A stretch of 64,000 bases of DNA from the NCBI RefSeq assembly GCF_009914755.1, contig NC_060931.1; one strand, 5' to 3'. The notes under the pieces were generated by a model that saw only the letters and a list, made by a program, of their open reading frames with translations, was not told the DNA's origin and made no database searches. Below are positions 27,501 to 39,500 of this stretch, in pieces (position 1 is the stretch's first letter; each line of letters starts with the position of its first letter). This DNA comes from the human T2T-CHM13v2.0 reference genome, Homo sapiens. The position numbers and the translations under genes are program-made.

Positions 27501-30500
27501 TGGTGCTGGAGTGTGGACTTCATTTATGGAAAACTTCATCTAGAGGAAAACAGGAGGAAAAGCAGAGGAGGACAGAGAGTGGGACCTATGTAAGAAGGTC
27601 TTAAATTCTACACACGGGTGTTGTGAAGGTAGTGCAACCAAGAGGGAAAGAAGAAATGAGTGACCTGGACAGCCTGAATGGGTAACGAAAGGGTAGATGT
27701 GATGGGCAGGGATGCATCAGCTCACTGGGGCCGCACCTGAGGTAAATGGAAATAAAGGAGGTGAGGAAAGGAGGAAGAGAAGGAAGTGGCGGGACTGGCT
27801 GTGGAGTTTTGTGGGAGCCTTCTTGATGGGACAGAAAGAAAAAAGAGGAGAAAAGGCTGGAGTGTAAGAGGGGAAGGAAAAGGCAGCCTAAGGGAAGGCG
27901 CTGGCCTGAATCAGTGGAAGATCTGGAGGAGCAACAGAAAACAGTTCTTGAAGAGAAGGTGGGATAGAGAGAGGAAGGAAAAGTTTGAGCGGTGAGGAGA
28001 GCAGGTCAAAGTAGTGAGCACATCCCTATGGAGAAGAGATGACTGAGCCCGATGAAGCAATAGGCCCTGGGTGGTTGAGAGAAATATGGGCCACAGACAG
28101 GCAGGTACCTTCCCTTGGCCAAGGAAGCAAGGAGAAGAAATGTGGACGCAAGGGGAAAGGCTTCAAGAAAGAATGTGGAAGTGGGACGATAAGGCAGCGC
28201 AACGGGGGAGTCACCTACAGAAGACAGGGTGGAGGGGCCCCCAGGGAAGGATGGAGGGCAGAAAGCGTGGTGGAAGGGAGCTGGGCAGGACAGCCACAGG
28301 CAGGACAGCCATAGGTGGAGTGAGGTGAAGGGGCAGGTCCCAGAGTAGGAACAAAGGAATTTGGAGTGCTCAGAGCAGCCTGCAAGGTTCAGCATGGGGA
28401 AGGGAAAGTATAAGAGGGGTGGACAGCAATGGGCAGGAAGGAATGACTGCTCTTAAAGCCTTGAACTTTGTTGCAAAGGTGTGAATCTTGGGCCAGGCTC
28501 TTTACTACGGATCCGGCGGGAAAGGGTGGGTGGTGGGGATGGGGTTCGGGGTGGGATTTGGGATTGGGTTTGGGATGGGGTTTGGGTGGGGGTTGGGAGC
28601 AGTGGGATTGCAAGTGGGAAAGGGGTGGGGATATGGGTGGGGGTGGGAATGGGGGTGGGGGGAGGCAAACCAAACTCTAGGCATTTGAAAAACCATCTTA
28701 CTTAATTGAGCTGGTGGACTATTACATGTTGACTACTGGGGGTGATGGATACTGGCTGGAGAAGACCTCTGAATCCAGTAGAGTAGCTTCAGGTAGGGTG
28801 GAAGTTCAAAGTAAAGAGACTGAGGCAAACAGGAAGCCCCTGAAGGACCTGATGGGTGTCCATAACACCTGACAGTCATATGGGTAGGTGGGGCCACAAG
28901 TGTGTCTGTAGGGATTTTAAAGAACAAATCTCTCATACAGAGTGGATTTTGAGACATGTGTGTTTCAGTGAGTAGACAGGGAGGAGAACAAGGTGATTTC
29001 AAGCAGAGAGTGCCTGGCATACATGGGGGTAAGGGAGGGAAATGCTAAGGTCTTTGAGTAGGAAGTGTAGCTGGAACTGCAAAGTAATAAATGCTGGAAA
29101 TGGCAGAGTAAAGGCCAGGGAGTCAAGGTGGCTGTCCACAGCAGTGATTCTTATCTGGGGTGGGGGGTGGGTTTCACCCGAGGGAGGGCTGGGGGCATGG
29201 ACCCCCAGGCAGGCCTATCCAATCATCTGAAGGGTGAGCAGTGTTCAGCTCAGAAAAAGTAAGGGGAAAAAAAAGCAATCTCTAAAAGGAACATAGACAA
29301 TAGCAAAAGAAGAAACCGAGCCCAAAAGATGCTTCTGATAGGCCGCCTTGGGGTCCTGCATCCTCGGGTGAGAATCACTGGTGGACACGGGAGGATGGAG
29401 AGCCGGGCAGACATGTGGAGTGAGAGGGGAAGATGCATGTGTGGCAGGGCTGATGGAGGCATCAGGGTCAAGACTGTCAGGTGTTAGAACACAGTTCCTG
29501 ACAGACCAGGACAAGGATGACAGCGAACAAATGGATGTAGCTGAAAAGGCAATGGGACCACGGTGGTGCAGCTGGGGTTTCCAACGCCTCGGTCCCAGAC
29601 TCAAGGACTCAGGTGGAGGAGTGAGGCCCAGAGAAGGGCCCAGTGACTCAGAGGAAGTGGGCTGTGCGGGTGAGAGCAGAGAGCAGGGGATCTGTTGTCA
29701 CGGGGAGGAAAGGCGCAAAGGGGAATGGAGACAGCGTGGAAGAAGAGCGTCTTGAAGACATCGGTGCTAAGGAGGGAGGAGGCAGGAGGAGGGTGGGACT
29801 GACAGGAGGACCCAGGAGGAGCGGAGGAGCCGGGTTTCAGGCAGGGCGGGAGAGTCAGGTTGAGACTGGGTGCGTTTGTACCCGTGGGATGTGGGGGAAG
29901 AGGGTGGGCAGGTGGAGTGGGGACAGCAGTGAGCGCTGATGACAAAAGTGCTGTGGTGACAGGAAGAAGGTAGGAAATTCACAGGCGCATGTTCCCCAGA
30001 GTGTTTTCACAAGAATGTGAAAGAAAGGATGCAAAGGGAATTGAGAAGGTTTTGGGGAGTCAGGGTTGTGGGGTGCTGGAAGGTACCCATAGCCTGGACC
30101 ACTGGGATGTGGACACTGATAGCTGGGCAGAGCAGGTGGATTCAGTGCAGTACGTGTGATGCAGAGATGACTGCATCTGGCGGAGCAGCGGGTGCGGGGC
30201 CAGGTCAAGAAGGGAGGAGGTACCTGAGATCACGAATTAGGCCAGTGGGAGAATCACAGATCGTGCTGAGAGAATGCAGGAGGGTGCAGGTGGGACAGTA
30301 CCGTGCTATGCAGTAGAGGAGGAAAGCAGGAGAAACGACCAACCTGCGCCCCAGGGGCTGACTGCTGGGACATCAGGGGATGAGTTTGCAACACATGGGA
30401 GAGGAGGACAGAGGAGAGGTGTTCCCTAATGGGCAAGAAGAATGAGTCGGAGCAGGCAATGGAGCCCAGCAGCTAAGAGAGGAGAGCTTGTTGAGAGCAG

Positions 30501-33500
30501 GAGGGATGCGCTGCAGTAAAGGAGGCATGCCAGGCGCCAAGAGGGAGGGAGCGGATGCAGAGAATCCAGGGACTTTACCCCAGATGGGGCAAAGTGTGTG
30601 ACGCAGTTCATGGATGACAAAGCATAGTGTGGGTAAGATAAGCAAGGAATGAAGGACAGGAGGGAGGATGGCAATAGACAAGGAGGATGTAGAAGATGCT
30701 GGCACCTTGGAAAAGCTGGGCACCACAGTGTCAATGAAGGGCATGGGAACTGATGAAATGTCAGGTGGATTGACTTTGAGACAGGAAACAATTGTCTCCA
30801 GCATAGTAGAACCAAAAATGTAGGACGGTTAAGGGTGCCTTAAGATAGCAGATGGATCCAATGCTGCATATTGTGGATAAAAAGGATGGCAATGTTGGCA
30901 GCAGCAAGGGCAGGGCAGGAAGGGAGCTGACATCAAGGAAATGACTGCAGAGTGCAGTCATTGACTTAGAAAGTGGCAGAGGAGGGAGTGGATGCTGAAG
31001 ATGAAGCTGAGGGTCTCTGGAAAATAACAGTAGGGGGATGTGCAGTACATATTAACTAGAAAAACAGAAACTGCTCTAAAGTCCTCAAGGCATGATGTCA
31101 GACTCAAGATGGGTCCAGGAAGTTGATGGACATAAAAAAGGACAGAAGGTGCATGATAGGGGGAGAATCTCATGAATTTGAGGGTCTCAACATTGGTAAA
31201 GGGGCCAAGTGAATAGAGGGGAGGCAGAATTCAGAGTCCCAAACTGAGGTGTCCGCAGATCTCAGGATACGTTGGTGGTATGCCTGGTATTAAGACCAGA
31301 CCACAGAGGCAGAATGAAGCAATAGCTCCAGCAGCCTTTAGGAGAAAGTGGGTTAAGGGCCAAAGTGATTGGTTAAACAAAGGAAGCTGGTCAGCACTGC
31401 ACACTAACATGGCACCTGCATAAAAACCACAGACAGGTAACTTTAGGGACTTCACAGTGGACTCAAGCAGACTGATCCCAGATTGTAGGTAGAAGTGTGT
31501 TTGCAAAGGCCAGAGGAGCTGTTAGGACATAATGCGATGGAGACAATTTGCAACAATCACTGAATCCACGTTTCTGCTGTTTAAGGGTGGCTGAAAGGAT
31601 GGAGGTATAGCTTGTAATGCAAAATATACGCAGAGGTTCATAGTGAAGCTGAGGAGGAGGGCCTTCAAAAGTTAAGTGGGAGATGTTTAGGTCAGTAGCA
31701 AATGGGCCCAGTGGGAGAGAGTATGCCCAGAGTTTGGAGAGGGTCAGGGTGTCGGGTGCTGGGATGAGGGCTTCATGTTTGGAAGACGCAAGGTAGAGAG
31801 CAAGAGAGGAGGAAAGGTAGAACAGGATGGAGGGCAAGACCTGTGTAAGAAGAAGTCTTAAACTGTAAACATGGGTGTAGTGAGGGTAGTGTGGCTAAGA
31901 GGAAATGGATCCAGATGGGCTTGATGGGGAGCAGATGGGCAGGCACGATGGCAGGGGTGCATCGGCTCACTGGGGCTGCATCTGAGGTAAATGGAAATAA
32001 AGGAGGTGAGGAAATGAGGAAGAGAAGGAAGTGGCGGGACTGGCTGTGGAGTTTTGTGGGAGCCTTCTTGATGGAACAGAAAGAAAGAAGAGGAGAAAAG
32101 GCTTGAGTGGAAGAAGGGAAGGAAAAGGCAGCCTAAGGGAAGGCGCTAGCCTGAATCAGTGGAAGATCTGGAGGAGCAACAGAAAACAGTTCTTGAAGAG
32201 AAGGTGGGATAGAGAGAGGATGGAAAAGTTTGAGCAGTGAGAGCAGGTCAAAGTAGTGAGCACATCCCTATGGAGAAGAGATGACTGAGCCCGATGAAGC
32301 AATAGGCCCTGGGTGGTTGAGAGAAATATGGGCCACAGACAGGCAGGTACCTTCCCCTGGCCAAGGAAGCAAGGAGAAGAAATGTGGACGCAAGGGGAAA
32401 GGCTTCAAGAAAGAATGTGGAAGTGGGACGATGAGGCAGTGCAACAGGGGAGTCACCTACAGAAGACAGACAGGGTGGAGGGGCCCCCAGGGAAGGATGG
32501 AGGGCAGAAAGAGTGGTGGAAGGGAGCTGGGCAGGACAGCCACAGGTGGAGTGAGGTGAAGGGGCAGGTCCCAGAGTAGGAACAAAGGAATTTGGAGTGC
32601 TCAGAGCAGCCTGCAAGGTTCGGCATAGGGAACGGAAAGTGTAAAAGGGGTGGACAGCAATAGACAGGAAGGAATGGCTGTTTTTAAAGCCTTGAACTTT
32701 GTTGCAAAGGTGTGAATCTTGGGCCAGGCTCTTTACTACGGATCCGGTGGGGAAGGGTGGGTGGTGGGGATGGGGTTCGGGGTGGGGTTTGGGTCTGGGT
32801 TGGGGATGGGGTTTGGGTGGGGGTTGCATGGGAGGGCAGGGTTGGGAATGGTGGGAGTGGGGCAGGGCATGGGGAGAGGGAATCAGGGTGGGTGGGGGGT
32901 GGGGAGTGGGGTATGTTGAGCCAAGCCCCCAGCATTGAGAACACCACTGTATTTAACTGATAGATTATATATGTTCAGGGTTGAGGGTGATGAATTCAGG
33001 CTAGGGAAGACCCTGAATCCAGGGAAAAAAGAAAGTAGCCTCACGTAGGGTGCAAGGTCAAGGTAAGGGGCTGGATTCTTACAAACAAAAAGGATTATGT
33101 GGATCAAAAGGGAAGTCTCTTAGAGGGGGGCACCTTACCACAAAAGTGGTGATTAAGGAAAAGGGACAATAGTCAACACCCAGAAGAACAGGTGGAGGCC
33201 AAAGGTAAGGACAGAGTACCTGAGAGTCCTATCAGGTGGCAGGGAGGGGCACAAAGGGTGGGGTGGGAGGCACTGAAAGAACAACTCTCACAAAGAGTGG
33301 GATTCCACCTATGTTGTATTTCAGAGAGAAAATAAGGAAGGGAATGCGGTAGTTCCACGTGGAGAGTGCCAGGCCTATTTGAGAGGGGCAGAGGAGGAAA
33401 TGCTGAGATATTTGATTAAGAAGTTAAAGGAAAGCACTAGAATGCTCCAGGCCTGAAACTGGAGAGACTGAAGTGCAGGGAACCAAGGTGGTCGCAGGGA

Positions 33501-36500
33501 GTCAAGGTGGCCGTCCACAGCAGTGATTCTTATCTGGGATGGGGGGGTGGGTTTCACCCGAGGGAGGGCTGGGGGCACGGACCCCCAGGCAGGCCTATCC
33601 AATCATCTGAGGGGTAAGCAGTGTTCAGCTCAGAAAAAGTAAGGGAAAAAATCAATCTCTAAAATGAACGCAGACAATAGCGAAAGAGAAAACCGAGCCC
33701 AAAAGATGCCTCTGATAGGCCGCCTTGGGGTCCTGCATCCTCGGGTGAGAATCACTGGTGGACACGGGAGGATGGAGAGCCGGGCAGACATGTAGAGTGA
33801 GAGGGGAAGACGCACGTGCAGCAGGGTTGATGGAGGCATCAGGGTCAAGACTGTCAGGTGTGGGAACATAGTTCCCGACAGACCAGGACAAGGATGACAG
33901 CAAACAAATGGATGTAGCTGCAAAGGCAATGGGACCACGGTGGTGCAGCTGGGGTTTCCAACGCCTCGGTCCCAGACTGGAGGACTCAGGTGGAGGAGTG
34001 AGGCCCAGAGAAGGGTCCAGTGACACAGAGGATGTGGGCTGTGCGGGTGAGAGCAGACAGCAGGGGATCTGTTGTCATGGGGAGGGAAGGCGCAAAGGGG
34101 AATGGAGACAGCGTGGAAGGAGAGCGTCTTGAAGATATGGGCGCTAAGGAGGGAGGAGGCAGGAGGAGGGTGGGACTGACAGGAGCACCCAGGTGGAGCG
34201 GAGGAGCCGGGTCTCAGGCAGGGCAGGAGAGTCAGGTTGAGACTGGGTGCATTGGTGTGGATGTGAGGAGGAGGGTGGGGGGAGATAAGAGTGAGTGCTG
34301 ATGACAAAACTGCTGTGGTGACAGGAAGAAGGCAGGGGATTCAGAGGCAGAGGCTCCCCAGAATGTTTTCACATGGTGTGAGAGAGAAGGGTGTGAAAGG
34401 TATCGGGAAGGCTTCTGGGAGTCAGGGTTGTGGTGTGCTGGAAAAGTCCCATAGCCTTGGCCACTGGATCGTGAGCATGGACAGCAGAGGAGGTGGATTC
34501 GGTGCAGTACGTGTGACGCAGAGATGACTGCATCTGGTGGAGCAGTGGGTGCGGGGCCTGGTCAAGAAAGGAGGACACACCTGAGAACATGAATTAGGCC
34601 AGTGGCAGAATCACAGATCGTGCTGAGAGAATGCAGGATGGTGCAGGTGGGACAGTACCATGCTATGCAGTAGAGGAGGAAAGCAGGAGAAATGACCAAC
34701 CTAGGCCCAGGAGCTGGGAGCTTGGAGAGCAGAGGGTGAGTTTGCAGCACGTGGAAAAGCAGGACAGAGGAGAGGTGTTTCCCAATGGGCAAGAAGAATG
34801 AGTTGGAGCAGGTTATGGAGCTGAGCAGCTTAGAGAGGTGAGCTTGTTGAGAGGATCAGGGAATATGTTCCAGCAAGGGAGAATTTGCATCAAAATCCTT
34901 GGTTTTGCTGTTCAGGAATGGCAGAAATGAATGGAGGTGTAGCTTGTGAAGCAAAATATTCACAAGGAGAAAGAGACAGCCTGAAGCTCTAAGGTGTAGG
35001 GGTTGGGGCACAAGGGTGGGGGTGGGAGGTCCTATGCCAAGGACCAATAAGGAGGGAGAGACATGGGGAATCCAGAGACTTTACAAAGTCTATGAAGAAG
35101 CCCATGGAGGAGAAATCATGGTACAGGTAAGACAAGCAAAGAATGAGGGAGAGGTGGGAGGAGACCAAAGTGGAAGGAGGGTGCAGCGGTTTGGCACCTC
35201 AGAAATGTTGGGACAATGTATCAGTGAGGGAGAAGGTGAGAGGAAGGAAGGTCGGGGGGATGCCATCTAGAGAGGAAACCAGTGTCTCCCTAGTGGCAGA
35301 ACGGAGAAGGTAGAATGATCAGAGCTCAAATCAGACAGTAGATGAATGAATACAGCATGTTAGGGACAAAGAAGCTGGCAGTGGCAACAACAGTGAGGGC
35401 AGGTCAGGCTGGGAGCAGACATTAAGGAAAAGACTCCTGAGTGCACTGACTGACCCTGAGGTGGTAGGGAACATGGACTAGATGCTGAAGACCAATCAGA
35501 GGGTTTCATAAAGACAACAGTGTAAGAAAAGGCAGAGGATGGCTGGTGAAAGGGTCCACACTTTATCCAGTCTGGAGTCAGAAGGCACTATGTGGGTCGT
35601 GAGATGGGTCAGTGATGTTGATGGAAAAAGAAAGGGACAGGAGGGGCGTAAGAGGAGAAATAACCTCATGAATTTATTGGGGTGGGGTGGGGGGGGGTGG
35701 AGCAGAGTTGAGCTTTGATAGAGGAACCAACATGGAAAACAGGAAGATGGAACAAAGAATTCCCAAAATGGGGGTGCGCCAGACCTCATGGTGCAAATTG
35801 TTGAAATAAGCAGTATTAAAGCCAGATCATAAGAGCAGAGCAGATCGAAGAAGCAAGAGCCTGGGCATTTTTGCAAATTGAGGCCCTTAGGAGAAAATGG
35901 GGGAAAGGGCCAAAGTAACTGGGGTTACAGAGAGGGCATCAGGAATCACTGCACATGAAGACAGCACCTCCACAGAAACCACCGGCAGGGAACTCAGGGA
36001 CTTGGTGATGGACTCATATCGTTTGAGTCCAGCATGTGGGGAGAAAGATGCTTATAAAATGGCAGAGGAGGGACTGCTAAGCAATGCACAGAAGACAATT
36101 TGCAGTAATCACTTAATCCTTGGTTTTGCTATCCAAGAGTGGGAGAAAGATATGGAGGTGCAGCTTTCGAAGCAAAATATCCACAGATGTCATGAGGCTC
36201 CAATGGGGGTGGGGGGCACAGGCTTCATACCTAGTGGAGCATCATAGGATTAGTGGGAAAAGTAGGTCGGTAGCAAATGGGGATGCAGCAATACAGAGTA
36301 AATCCAGTGGTAGTCAGGGTGGCAGAGATGGGTAGAGGCAAGGGTAATTCTTTCTTGGAGGCAAGAGTGGAGGAAAGGTAGAACAGGACGGAGGCCAGAA
36401 CCTGTGTAAGAAGGTCTTAAATCCTAAACACAGGTGTAGTAAAGGTAGTGTGGCCAAGAGGGAAAGAGGAAACGGTGGATCTGGACAGCCACAATAGCAA

Positions 36501-39500
36501 GCAATATGGGCAGGGGTGCATGGGCTCACTGGGGCCCTATCCAAGGTAAATGGAAATAATGGAGATGAAGAAAGGAGGAAGAGGAGGAAGTAGCGGGACT
36601 GGCTGTAGAGTTTTGTAGGAACTCACTTCATGGAACAGAAAGAGAAAAGAGGAAACAAGGCTGGAGTGGAAGAGGGGAAGGAAAAGGCAGCCGTAAGGGA
36701 AGGCGCTGGCCTGAATCAGTGGAAGATCCGGAGGAGCAATAGAAAACAGTTCTTGAAAAGAAGGTGGGATAGAGAGAGGATGGAAAAGTTTGAGCGGTGA
36801 GGAGAGCAGGTCAAAGTAGTGAGCACATCCCTATGGAGAAGAGATGACTGAGTCAGATGAAGCGACAGGCCCTGGGTGGCTGAGAGAAATATTGGCCACA
36901 GACAGGCAGGTACCTTCCCTTGGCCAAGGAAGCAAAGAGAAGAAATGTGGATGCAAGGGGAAAGGCTTCAAGAAAGAATGTGGAAGTGGGACAATGAGGC
37001 AGCGCCGACAGGGGAGTCACCTACAGAAGACAGACAGGGTGGAGGGGCCTCCAGGGAAGGATGGAGGGCAGAAAGCATGGTGGAAGGGAGCTGGGCAGGA
37101 CAGCCATAAGCAGGACAGCCACAGGTGAAGCGAGGTGAAGGGGGAGGTCCCAGAGTAGGAACCAAGGAATGTGGAGTGCTCAGGGCAGCCTGCAAGGTTC
37201 GGCATGGGGAAGGGAAAGTGTGAAAGGGGTGGACAGCAATGGGCAGGAAGGAATGGCTGCTCTTAAAGCCTTGAACTTTGTTGCACAGGTGTGAATCTTG
37301 GGCCAGGCTCTTTACTACGGATCCGGCAGGGAAGGGTGGGCTGGGTGGAGGGGATGGGGTTTGGGGTGGGGTTTGGGTATGGGATGAATGGGTGGGGCAG
37401 GGTTAGGGGCAGTGGGACTGGGACTGGGGGAGGGGTTGGGGTGGGGTGAAGTGGGCCAAGCTGTAGGCATTGAGAACACCATCTTATTCATCTGAGCTGG
37501 TGGACAATTACATGTTGAGTGTTGAGGTTGATGAATACAGGCTAGAGAAGACATCTGAGTCCGGCAAAAGAAGAAAAAACAGAGTAGCTCAGGAAGGGTA
37601 AAAGGTTAAGGTAAAGGGCTGGTTTCTGGGAAACAAACAGGATGATGACCACCAAATGGGAAGTCTCTCTGGGGGCACCTGGTCAGTGATATGAAAAGAG
37701 GAGGGATGATGAAGGAAAAATGTCAGTAGTAAGGGCCTACGAAAATTAGATTGAGGCCAAAGGTATTAACTGAGTGCCTGGGAGTCATATTAGATGGGTC
37801 AGGGCATAAAGGGTGGGGTGTGGAGGTGTCAGAAGCGCAACTCTCTCATGCAGACTGGGCTTTTGGGCACGATGTGTGTTAAGGGGTAAATGGGGCAGAC
37901 AATGAGGTGGTTCCAAGTGGAGAGTGCCAGGACTGTTGGGCAGGGGGAGGGAAATGCTGGTCTTATGAGTAGGAAGTGTACCTGGAAATACCAAAATACT
38001 AAATGCTAGAAATAGGAGAGTAAAGGCCAGGGAGTCAAGGTGGCCGTCCACAGCAGTGATTCTTATCTGGGGTTGAGGGGTGGGTTTCACCCGAGGGAGG
38101 GCTGGGGACATGGACCCCCAGGCAGGCCTATCCAATCATCAGAGGGGTGAGCAGTGTTCAGCTCAGAAAAAGTAAGGGAAAAAAACAATCTCTAAAAGGA
38201 ACACAGATAATAGCAAAAGAAGAAACCCAGCCCAAAAGATGCTTCTGATAGGCTTCCTCGGGGTCCTGCATCCTCGGGTGAGAATCACTGGTGGACGCGG
38301 GAGGATGGAGAGCCGGACAGACATGTACAATGTGAGGGGAAGATGCACGTGCAGCGGGGCTGATGGAGGCATCAGGGTCAAGACTGTTAGGTGTGGAAAC
38401 ACAGTTCCCGACAGACCAGGACAAGGATGACAGCGAGCAAATGGATGTAGCCGAAAAGGCACCGGGACCATGGTGGTGGAGCTGGGATTTCCAGCGCCTC
38501 GGTCCGAGACTCGAGGACTCAGGTGGAGGAGTGAGGCCAAGATAGGGGCCCAGTGACACAGAGGAAGTGGGCTGTGCGGGTGAGAGCAGAGAGCAGGGGA
38601 TCTGTTGTCACGGGGAGGGAAGGTGCAAAGGGAAATGGAGACAGTGTGGAAGGAGAGCGTCTTGAAGACATGGGCCTTAAGGAGGAGGGAGGAGGTGGGA
38701 GGAGGGTGGGACTGACAGGAGCACCCAGGAGGAGCAGAGGAGCTGGGTCTCAGGCAGGGCAGGAGAGTCAGGTTGAGACTGGGTGCATTCGTACCGGGGG
38801 GACGAGGATGGGCAGAAAGTGGGACACGAATGAGTGACAAAGACAAAACTACTCTGGTGACAGGAAGAAGGTAGGAGATTCAGAGGCAGAGGCTCCCCAG
38901 AGTGTTTTTCCACAGTGTGAAAGAAAGGATGAGAAAAGAATCAGGAAGGTTTAGGGGAGTCAGGGTTGTGGGGCCCTGGAAAGGACTCATAGCCTGGGCC
39001 ACTGGGACGTGAGCTTGGACAGCAGAGCGTGTGGATTCAGTGCAGTACGTGTGACACAGAGAGGACTGCATCTGGTGGAGCAGTGGGTGCGGGGCCAGGT
39101 CAAGAAGGGAGGACACACCTGAGAACACGAATTAGGCCAGTGGCAGAATCACAGGTGGTGCTGAGAGAACGCAGCATGGTGCAGGTGGGACAGTACCGTG
39201 CTATGCAGTAGAGGAGGAAAGCAGGAGAAACGACCAACCTGGGCCCAGGAGCTGGGAGCTGGGAGAGCAGAGGGTGAGTTTGCAGCATATGGGAGAGCAG
39301 GACAGAGGAGAGGTGTTCCCCAATGGGCAAGAAGAATGAGTTGGAGCAGGTTATGGAGGCCAGCAGCTTACAGAGGTGAGCTTGTTGAGAGGATCAGGGA
39401 ATGTACTGCAGCAAGGGAGGCATGCCAAGAGCAAGAGTGTGGGTGTGAACGTAGAGAATCCTCCTTTTTGCCCAAAAGGGGCGAAGTGTTTGATGCAGGT

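Noticed and set aside
28389-28705. Pro-rich and Gly/Trp-rich ORFs
   Set aside because: Low-complexity translations of the G-tract, open in most frames.
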